This document shows, piece after piece, positions 56,385 to 64,000 of a stretch of 64,000 bases of DNA. Position 1 is the first letter of the stretch; each line of letters opens with the position of its first letter. The stretch covers positions 1,536,001 through 1,600,000 of the forward strand of contig CAWGMA010000001.1 of NCBI GenBank assembly GCA_963823555.1, given 5' to 3'. The stretch comes from Candidatus Eiseniibacteriota bacterium (GTDB lineage Bacteria > Eisenbacteria > RBG-16-71-46 > CAVPCR01). Below the pieces are notes generated by a model. It had not been told where the DNA came from. It saw only the letters and a program-made list of their open reading frames with translations, and made no database searches. The translations under genes were made by a program, and so were the position numbers.

Positions 56385-57671
56385 TCAGCGTGGGGCAGCC
56401 GGTACGGTCACGTCTGCCGGGTCGGTGATAACCCCGGTCAGCGCTGTCGCTGCGGCCACGGCCGGATTGGCCAGGTAGACCTGGGCCGACTTGGCTCCCA
56501 TGCGACCCACGAAGTTGCGGTTGGTGGTCGAGAGGCTCACCTCGCCATCGCCGAGGATCCCGTTGTTGCCACCGAAGCAGGGGCCGCACGTGGGCGGGTT
56601 CATCATGCACCCAGCAGCGACCAGATCGGTGATGATCCCTTCCCTGGCGGCGTCGAGATAGACGCGCTGGCTCCCGGGAAAGACGATGACCTTGATCCGC
56701 GGGTTGGTCTTCCGCCCCTTGATGATCCGATGCACAATCCGCAGATCCTCGATGCGGCCGTTGGTGCAGGAGCCGATGGTGACCTGGTCCACCGGTGTCC
56801 CGGCCACCTCCCGCACGTCGACCACATTCGACGGCATGAAGGGCTTGGCCACCTGCGGCCGGATGGGGGTCATATCGAGCTCGATCTCGCGGACATAGCG
56901 CGCGCCGGAGTCCGGGGCGACCGTGGCAAAGGGTCGCCCGGTGCGCTCGCGCACGAAGGCCTCCGTCGCAGCGTCGGCGGCGAAGATCGCCGTCTTGGCG
57001 CCCGACTCGGCTGCCATGTTGGAGATCGTGAGCCGGTCGACGACGGTGAGGTTCATGAGCCCCGGCCCGCCGTACTCGAGCACCTGGTAGTTGGCGCCGG
57101 AGACGCCGATGCGCCCGATCAGGGACAGCACCACGTCCTTCCCGGAGACCCAGGGTCCGAGCGTGCCCTTGAGCGTGACCCGGATCGACTCGGGCACCCG
57201 CAACCAGAGCTCCCCTGTCGCCATCACCGCCGCCACATCGGTATGGCCAATCCCGACCGCAAAGCAGTTCAATCCACCGTAGGTGCAGGTATGCGAATCA
57301 CCGCCGGCGATGAGCTCACCAGGCGCGCAGAGGCCTTCGTCCGGCACCAGAACATGCTGGATGCCGCCCTGACCCATCTCGTAGTAGCGCGTCCCGTAGT
57401 GCTCGGCGAAGAGCTTGACTCCCCGCGCGTTGTTGGCCGAGAGGATGTCCCGGTTGGGCACCAGGTGATCGGGAATCAGGCAGATCTTCTGCGGATCGAA
57501 GACCTCGGTGATCCCGGCCTTCTCGAACTCGCGGATCGCCATGATGCCCGAGAGGTCGGAGGCGGTGACGAGATCCACGCGGACCTCGAGGATCTCGCCC
57601 GGGGTCACGAACTCACGGTCGGCGTGCCGAGCGATGATCTTCTCGGCGATGGTCATCGGATGCTCTGACAT
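56385..57671 (-). CDS. leuC: 3-isopropylmalate dehydratase/homoaconitase large subunit (type 2)
   Basis: MTIAEKI, DSHTCTYGG, IGSCTNGR, CGPCFG, STTNRNF.GRMG. Confidence 0.88.
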   Translation of the reverse strand: MSEHPMTIAEKIIARHADREFVTPGEILEVRVDLVTASDLSGIMAIREFEKAGITEVFDPQKICLIPDHLVPNRDILSANNARGVKLFAEHYGTRYYEMGQGGIQHVLVPDEGLCAPGELIAGGDSHTCTYGGLNCFAVGIGHTDVAAVMATGELWLRVPESIRVTLKGTLGPWVSGKDVVLSLIGRIGVSGANYQVLEYGGPGLMNLTVVDRLTISNMAAESGAKTAIFAADAATEAFVRERTGRPFATVAPDSGARYVREIELDMTPIRPQVAKPFMPSNVVDVREVAGTPVDQVTIGSCTNGRIEDLRIVHRIIKGRKTNPRIKVIVFPGSQRVYLDAAREGIITDLVAAGCMMNPPTCGPCFGGNNGILGDGEVSLSTTNRNFVGRMGAKSAQVYLANPAVAAATALTGVITDPADVTVPAAPR

Positions 57672-57760
57672 GCTCTCTCCCCGGGCAGCTCGCCGCCGCC
57701 CGGCTGGGAAGGGTGGCCTGCTGTTGATCTCGTTACGATCGCGCCGGATGCCGAGGCGAC

Positions 57761-58555
57761 TCAAGTCCCGGTGAACGATGGCTTCCGCTTGCCGAGGAAC
57801 GCCCCCATCCCCTCGTGCAAGTCCTTCGTGCTGAACAGCCGGCCGAAGGCCTGAGCCTCGAGCTCGAGCCCGCTTGCGAGCGGACCGTCGAGCCCACGCC
57901 GGATGACCTCGATCGCCGCCGCCACCGCCAGCGGACCGCGGCCGAGGATCGTCTTGAGCATGGTGGTGGCTGCGGGCAGCAGATCGGCGCCCGGGACCAC
58001 CTTGTTGACCAGACCGATCCGAAGAGCCGTCTCGGCATCCACCGGATCCCCGGTCAGGATCATCTCCATGGCCTTGCCCAACCCCACGAGTCGGGACAGG
58101 CGCTGGGTTCCGCCGTAGCCGGGGATGGTGGCGAGCATCACTTCCGGTTGCCCCAGCTTGGCATGCTCGGCGGCCAGGCGGAGCGTGCAGGCCAGCGCCA
58201 GCTCGAGCCCGCCACCCAGGGCATAGCCATTGATGGCGGCAATGCTCGGTTTCGGCATCTGCTCGAGGCGAGCGAACACCGATTGCCCGAAGCGCGATGC
58301 GGCATAGGCTCCCGCGGCATCGAGCCGGTCGAGTTCCTGGATATCCGCGCCCGCGACGAACGCCTTGGCGCCTCCCCCGGTGACGATGATCCCGTCAACC
58401 TCCGGGTCGGAGGCCAGGCGCGCCAGAAGCTGATCGAGCTCGACGAGGACGGCGCGGCTCAGAGCATTGAGCACCGCCGGACGATCGATGGTGACCGTTG
58501 CGATGCGCTCGGCGACCACAAGACGGACCGCCGCCTGAGGGGAATCGGTGCTCAT
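57761..58555 (-). CDS. Enoyl-CoA hydratase/crotonase
   Basis: KAFVAGADI, GYALGGGLELA, GQPE, PGYGGTQRL. Confidence 0.93.
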   Translation of the reverse strand: MSTDSPQAAVRLVVAERIATVTIDRPAVLNALSRAVLVELDQLLARLASDPEVDGIIVTGGGAKAFVAGADIQELDRLDAAGAYAASRFGQSVFARLEQMPKPSIAAINGYALGGGLELALACTLRLAAEHAKLGQPEVMLATIPGYGGTQRLSRLVGLGKAMEMILTGDPVDAETALRIGLVNKVVPGADLLPAATTMLKTILGRGPLAVAAAIEVIRRGLDGPLASGLELEAQAFGRLFSTKDLHEGMGAFLGKRKPSFTGT

Positions 58556-58662
58556 CGTTGTCCTTCCTGGCCAGGAAACTGGGATGGGTATCCGGCGCCA
58601 CGGCCCTCGCCGCGGTGCCTGCCCTAGATAGCCTCCCGGGGGGAAGGCGATCAAGCGAAATC

Positions 58663-61014
58663 TCAGGACTCGGTGAGCTGAGCCAGTCGCCATTCGGCCA
58701 GCTCGTACTCGGTCATCGGTTCGATTGGATTGTCCGGATCCGATTGTATGCCCGTGTCCAGGCAACGGCCAAAGAGCTCTCGTGCCTCAGCCAACCGGCC
58801 CGCTCCCAGGTTCACTTCGGCAGCGTAGTAGTAGGCCTCACATGAGCGGCGTGGATCAGCGACATCCGCTGCCGCCGCCAGCTCCGAGGGCGTCACCTCT
58901 CCCGCCAGACATGACAGGACCATCGCCAGCCGGTCATCCTGGAGGATGCCGCGCCGTGCCCTGGCGAGCACACTGTCCGCCTCGGCGTACCGCCCGAGCT
59001 CGCGCAGGATCAGGACCTCGCGAGCGGTGCCGTAGGTGGCGTAGCCCAGAGCCTCCAAAGCGCGGTGATAGTCCGCCACCGCCGCCTCGCGGTGGCCGGC
59101 CATCCAGTGCATTGCGCCGCGGTGATACACCACCCAGGCCGCGCGGCCTTCATCCGCCATCTCGCAGGCGCGCGTGAAGTCATCGATGGCCTGCTCGTAA
59201 TTCTTCAACCGGCGCTGCGCCATGCCGCGGCGATAGCATGCGATGTAGTCGCCTGGCAGCACCGCAGCGGCCGAATCGAAGGCTCCGAGCGCAGCCTCAT
59301 AGCGACCGAGATGCATCAGGATCTCCCCGCGCTGTCCCCTCCAGTAGCCCTCGTTGTCGTCGGTCGCCTCGAGTGCCGCTGCTGCTTCCAATGCCGGCCC
59401 GAACTCTCCGCCCAGTATGGACAGGCGCATCACGACGATCAGGGCCAGCCGATGGCCCGGATCCCTCTCGACCGCGGCGCGCGCGCATGCCAGGGCCCGC
59501 TTGCGATCGAGGCAAGCGAGCGCCCGCATGTACCAGTCCTCAGCCGTGACGAGCTGGCGCGCCTCCTCATCCTCGCTCCAGTGAGCCGCGGGCTGCCAGC
59601 GGCCGAGTTCCGCGTTGAGCTCGCTCATCATCGCGCGGTACGGCCAGGCCCTTGGATCCCGCTTCAGGCCTGCCTCCAGGAGATCGGTGGCGAAACGAAA
59701 CTCACGTGCCCGCACGTTGCCATGCGCCGCAACCAGAACGGCATCGGTGAGGTCCGGATATCGACCAACGGCATCGATGGCCGAAGCAGTACGTACCGGG
59801 TCCGGAGGCTCGGCAAAGAGATAGCAATTGAGCGCGGCAAGCTCCCGGCGCGCTGTCATGGGGTCCTCGTCGAGACCCCACCCGCGCCAGAGAACGAGCG
59901 CGGCGATGAGCCCGACCATGGCGAGGATGGCCGCGCGCACCGGCGGCGATGAAAAACGCTGCAACTCGCGGCGAACGCGATGCCATGACGGCTGGCTCCG
60001 GGATTCGATCAGGATCGGCTCGCCGCGCAGATGGGACTCGACATCGCCCGCCAGAGCTGCCACGGATGGATAACGATCGGGCGGTGCCTTCGCCAGCGCC
60101 CGGAGGACGATCGCATCCAGATCGCCACGCAGAGAGCGATCAACCGTGCTCGGCGGGTTGGGGGGCTGCTCGCACACAACGCGAATCGTCTCCGGAGTGA
60201 GCGTCCCGACATCATGCGGCGGCTGGCCCGTCAACATCTCGTAGAGAATGGCACCCAGCGCATAGACATCCGTACGGACACCGACCTCTTGCCGGCGCGC
60301 ACATATCTGTTCGGGGCTCATGTAACGCGGCGTCCCCTCGACCAGATGGCTCTCCGTGAGACTGGCGCCGCGATCGGGTCGCCTGATCCGGGCCAACCCG
60401 AAGTCGAGGACCTTGGGGTTGCCATGCTCATCGATCAAGATGTTCGTCGGCTTGAGATCGAGGTGGATGACGCCGCGGCGGTGCGCGCATTCGACCGCGT
60501 CGCATATCCGCCCGAACAGCTCGAGGCAAGCACGGCGAGGCAGTGAATGGTCGCGGAGATAGACATGGAGCCAGGTGCCCTGCACCAGCTCCATGACCAG
60601 AAAGTGCTGCCCCTCGGCGGTCTGGCCCGCTTCGTAGATGGTGGCGATGCCTGGATGGCTGAGTACCGCCAGGGCTTCGATCTCGCGCTGGAACCGGCGG
60701 ACATCACGCCGTCCAACGAATGGTCCGCCCTTGAGCACCTTGATGGCCACCGCTCGCCGCGGCGAGACCTGCTCCCCCTCGTAGACGAGGGCCTGGCCAC
60801 CCTCGCCGATGAGGCGTTTGATGGCATAGGCCCCTATCCGTTCAGGGAGTGGAATGGCGAGGGTCAGGTTGTCGGCCGACACGAGTCCGATCTGGGATCG
60901 GATCTCCGCGGCCCGCTCCCGGCATGACGGGCAGGCGGCAAGATGTGGCGCCAGCTCCGGGGCGTCGCGGTCCACCCAGCTCCAGAGCTGCTCACGTGAG
61001 ACCCGGCAACCCAT
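58663..61014 (-). CDS. Ser/Thr protein kinase with N-terminal ZAS-like Zn motif, TM and C-terminal TPRs
   Basis: HLAACPSC; VAIK, HLDLKPTN, DFG, GTPRYMSPEQ; TM; TPR repeats. Confidence 0.92.
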   Translation of the reverse strand: MGCRVSREQLWSWVDRDAPELAPHLAACPSCRERAAEIRSQIGLVSADNLTLAIPLPERIGAYAIKRLIGEGGQALVYEGEQVSPRRAVAIKVLKGGPFVGRRDVRRFQREIEALAVLSHPGIATIYEAGQTAEGQHFLVMELVQGTWLHVYLRDHSLPRRACLELFGRICDAVECAHRRGVIHLDLKPTNILIDEHGNPKVLDFGLARIRRPDRGASLTESHLVEGTPRYMSPEQICARRQEVGVRTDVYALGAILYEMLTGQPPHDVGTLTPETIRVVCEQPPNPPSTVDRSLRGDLDAIVLRALAKAPPDRYPSVAALAGDVESHLRGEPILIESRSQPSWHRVRRELQRFSSPPVRAAILAMVGLIAALVLWRGWGLDEDPMTARRELAALNCYLFAEPPDPVRTASAIDAVGRYPDLTDAVLVAAHGNVRAREFRFATDLLEAGLKRDPRAWPYRAMMSELNAELGRWQPAAHWSEDEEARQLVTAEDWYMRALACLDRKRALACARAAVERDPGHRLALIVVMRLSILGGEFGPALEAAAALEATDDNEGYWRGQRGEILMHLGRYEAALGAFDSAAAVLPGDYIACYRRGMAQRRLKNYEQAIDDFTRACEMADEGRAAWVVYHRGAMHWMAGHREAAVADYHRALEALGYATYGTAREVLILRELGRYAEADSVLARARRGILQDDRLAMVLSCLAGEVTPSELAAAADVADPRRSCEAYYYAAEVNLGAGRLAEARELFGRCLDTGIQSDPDNPIEPMTEYELAEWRLAQLTES

Positions 61015-61148
61015 TCACCCCCCCCGTCGCGGTGGCGACCCTCAGGTTCCATCATCGCCATTCTACCGCAGAAATCTTCCGCCGGTACGGCGGTTCGAAC
61101 GTCATACTGATAGCGGACACTGTCGCGCGCACCCTGATGAGGGAGGCG

Positions 61149-61718
61149 ATGGATCATCCCAACCGGCAGCATTCAGACGCCGATCTCACGCCGACCGTGA
61201 TCGGGCGCATCCGCGCCGGCGATCACGATGCGGCGGCCCTGCTGGATGGCCTCTATCGGCGTCCGCTCGTCCGCTTCTGCTTGGCCTACCTCGGTTCGGC
61301 CGAGGAGGCCGAGGACGCCGTGCAGGACGTGTTCTGCAGAGTCCTCGCGGCAGATACCATTCCCGAGAGCTTTCGGGCCTGGATCTACCGCATTGCTCGC
61401 AATCGCTGCCTCGATCTCCTCCGCGGGCGCGCCCGTCGTCGCGACGATCAACTGCTCCCGAGCGAGGTCCAGGTGGCCGAGGATCTCACCGGCCATCTGA
61501 CCCGGCTCGTCCGCAAGGAGTTGCACTCCCGCCTGCGGCACCTGGTCGCCGGCCTGCCCGCGAGCCAGCGCGAGATCCTTCGTCTACGCTACGTCGAGGG
61601 GCTCTCGCGACGGGAGATCGCCGAGGTGCTCGAGATCCCCGAGTCCATCGTCAAGTCGCGGCTGTTCGAGGGCCTCGAGCGCCTGCGCCGGCATACCTCT
61701 CTGGCCGATCGCTCCTGA
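61149..61718 (+). CDS. ECF RNA polymerase sigma factor
   Basis: GGAGG RBS; EAEDAVQDVF, FRAWIYRIARN, VKSRLF. Confidence 0.92.
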   Translation: MDHPNRQHSDADLTPTVIGRIRAGDHDAAALLDGLYRRPLVRFCLAYLGSAEEAEDAVQDVFCRVLAADTIPESFRAWIYRIARNRCLDLLRGRARRRDDQLLPSEVQVAEDLTGHLTRLVRKELHSRLRHLVAGLPASQREILRLRYVEGLSRREIAEVLEIPESIVKSRLFEGLERLRRHTSLADRS

Positions 61719-61891
61719 TCCCGCGCCCTTCGGTTCCCCCCTCCTCCCGCGGGATTTTCTGCCGCCGTTCACCCGAGTGCATCGTCTCTCTTGCGGGGAG
61801 TGATCCCGGCAGCTATCGGACGGCTCCGCTCGCAAGAGACTCCGTAGCGCTCGATGCCCAGGGAGGGTACCGCCGGTGAAAGGAGGCAGGC

Positions 61892-61975
61892 ATGCGCCGG
61901 GCCGGCATCGCCAGAAGCATCCTGGCGATCATCATCGCGACCATGACCGCCGGAGGTGCGGTAATCCTGCGCTGA
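61892..61975 (+). CDS. Putative 27-aa hydrophobic peptide (or truncated signal peptide)
   Basis: AAAGGAGG 5 nt before ATG; MRRAGIARSILAIIIATMTAGGAVILR*. Confidence 0.4.
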   Translation: MRRAGIARSILAIIIATMTAGGAVILR

Positions 61976-62061
61976 GCGGAAGCTCAGGGGATCTGGCCGC
62001 TCGCTGGCCGCTGGCGATGATCTCCTGAGCTTTCCTCAGCAGCTTGGCGGCGGGCCGCACG

Positions 62062-62092
62062 ATCGGGCGGGGGGGCCGCTCCCCCGCCCGAT
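62062..62092. terminator. Hairpin between convergent genes
   Basis: ATCGGGCGGGGG-7 nt-CCCCCGCCCGAT perfect 12-bp stem just past the HAO-like stop. Confidence 0.55.
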
Positions 62093-62105
62093 GCGTCGGC
62101 TCTCG

Positions 62106-63648
62106 CTACTGCCCGTAGCGATCCTGGTAGGCCTTCTTGAGGGCTTCGGCCTCCTCCGGGCTCAGGCCCTTGAGCCAGCGGTGCTCCTCGCCGGTGAGGA
62201 ACTCGGCGATCTTCTTCTCGTACTTGTCCCCGAGCTCAGGACTCCGCTCCCTCGCAGCCGCCACCACGGCCGGCAGGAACTCGGTGTAGAAGTGCTTCGA
62301 CACCTCGTACATGCCGTGCCAGTGCGTGTAGTCAGGACCCATCATGCTTGCCCCGTGGCGGGCGCGCCGGCCCTCGTGGTGCCATAGCTCCCAGAACACC
62401 CACTGCACCTCGTGCTCGAACGGAGCCTCAGGGTTGAGAACGCCGTCCTTGGTGAGCTCATTCATCATGGCCTGTGCCGGCTTCGCGAACTTCTCGTTGT
62501 AGAGGACCACGAGATCGTCGAACTGCTGGTAGAAGTTGTCGACGTAGGTCCCGTTGTGGCAGTTGAGGCACATGCCTCGCATCTCGCTCCGGCGCTCTTC
62601 CCAGGTCACGATCCTGGCAACCTTCCGCGGCACGGTCCGCGACACGAGCTTCTCGTTCTCGACGACCTTCTCCACGGTGTCGATCGTCTCCCCCGCCTTC
62701 GGGACGGGCTTCGTGTCGGGGTAGTCCTCCTTGAAGCCGTCTTCGTAGACGACCATGTTCAGCTTCGTCGAAACCACCGGGCGCAGGGTCCAGCTGATCC
62801 GCTCGCCGACGTCGTGCGTACGACCCCTGGCCACCCCGTCCGGCGTTGCATAGCTCGAGATGTGGCAGGTGGCACAGGTCGGCGCCGCCGAGTAGTCCTT
62901 CCCGAGTACCCAGTCTCCTTCCTTGTCGAGCGCCATGCGATCGCGATTGGCATGGAAGGCGATGCCGTGCTTCGACTCGTTGTAGATCTCGATCTGCGGA
63001 TGATCGGGACCCATGTGGCACTTGCCGCAGTTCTCGGGGGACCGCGAGAGCTTGGCCTCGAAGGCGTGGCGCGAGTGGCAGGCGTGGCAGGAGCCCTTGG
63101 AGCCGTCGGGGTTGAGCCGACCCATTCCGCTGTTGGGCCAGGTCAGGGGATCGATGACGGGCTTCCCCTCCTTTCCGGTCCGCAGCACGTTGCCCTGCGC
63201 ATCACGCTGGAACTTGATGATGCCCCCGTGGCACTGCCAGCAGCCGTTGACCGCATCGGCGATGTTGCCGGGCATGCCCGGCCGCCTTCTCGGCGAGCAC
63301 GTTGTCGAGGCTGGCCAGGATCTCCCCCGCCTTGGCGTGGTGGCTGCTGGCGAACTCCTGGGCCTCCCGGTCATGGCACTGGGCGCAATCCTTGGGGGTG
63401 ACGAGCGCCGACACCCAGGCCCCCTCGTGCCGCCAGGCATCGATCTCGCCCTCCTGGGCGCCGTGACACTCCAGGCAGCCCACGTCATTCCTCGCATGCC
63501 GGGAGTGCTCCCATTCCATGACCAGGGCCGGGGACTGCCGGCGATGGCAACCGACGCAGTCCTCCGCAGCCAGGAGAGCCGGTGGGCTGGATGCCTGGGA
63601 CGACAACAGGATGGCAATCAGGGCAACGGCAAGTCGTGAGCGGTCCAT
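62106..63648 (-). CDS. Octaheme hydroxylamine oxidoreductase-like cytochrome c, one +1 frameshift at about 63278
   Basis: Signal peptide; 8 CxxCH (CVGCH, CLECH, CAQCH, CWQCH, CHACH, CGKCH, CATCH, CLNCH); GPDHPQ.EIY..SKHG; HHEGRRARHGASMMGPDYTHWHG. Confidence 0.9.
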
Positions 63649-63714
63649 CGTTTCCTCCTTGGCCTATAGTGGACCTCAGAGTCCTAATATGAATCCCCGC
63701 GGCCGTCAAGCCAG

Positions 63715-64000
63715 TTATCGGGTGCCACCTGCAACCAGCAGTGCAGAAGCCAGATCGGGCCCATCTTGCTCATGCTTGAAGAAAGCGTAGATATCCACAT
63801 CCCCCGCCGCGAGCTCTCGCAGCCGCCGCGCCCAGCCCGCGATGTCCTCGCTCCCGTAGCTCTCTCGGCGCAGCCGGAGGTACAGGTAGGGAGCGGTCAC
63901 GGCGAGCGTGGGCGAGCTCTCGTCGGTCTCGTTGATGCAGAGGCTCACGGCGCGCTCGCGGAGGAGATCGAGGATCTCGTCATCGAACCAGGTCGGATGG
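63715..64000 (-). CDS. DUF72-family protein, 5' partial
   Basis: HPTWF, YLYLRLRR..Y, YAFFKHE..GP motifs; frame runs off the window edge. Confidence 0.8.
   Translation of the reverse strand, partial: HPTWFDDEILDLLRERAVSLCINETDESSPTLAVTAPYLYLRLRRESYGSEDIAGWARRLRELAAGDVDIYAFFKHEQDGPDLASALLVAGGTR

Overview
High-GC bacterial chromosomal window of mostly housekeeping and envelope genes. Secreted proteins with FlgD/T9SS-like C-terminal tails suggest an FCB-adjacent candidate phylum such as Ca. Eisenbacteria (inference only). In order it holds: two FlgD-tailed secreted proteins (one about 1800 aa with LamG, Ig, cohesin-like and dockerin-like modules); a decayed cytochrome c relic behind a beta-barrel gene; uvrA; an exbB-exbD-exbD-tonB-yip1-tolC-ABC run; asnS; a TPR/Zn-finger membrane protein paired with a DUF4388-like gene; a long ribD-ribE-ribBA-ribH-nusB operon continuing into a glycosylation/LPS block with a TMEM260/DUF2723-like GT-C; a GT2/GT-C pair; an ECF/anti-sigma pair; two tandem S41 proteases; tRNA-Lys; purA; tRNA-Leu-tig-clpP-clpX-lon; leuC and leuD-leuB split by an inverted MscS/MscK gene; an enoyl-CoA hydratase; a ZAS-kinase-TPR gene divergent from an ECF sigma; and an octaheme HAO-like cytochrome. 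About 20 frameshifts cluster in clpP/clpX/lon and nusB/ribBA, with one in the HAO-like gene. They look like assembly/consensus artefacts. No CRISPR array, integrase or transposase was seen. All calls come from reading motifs by eye; no searches were run.
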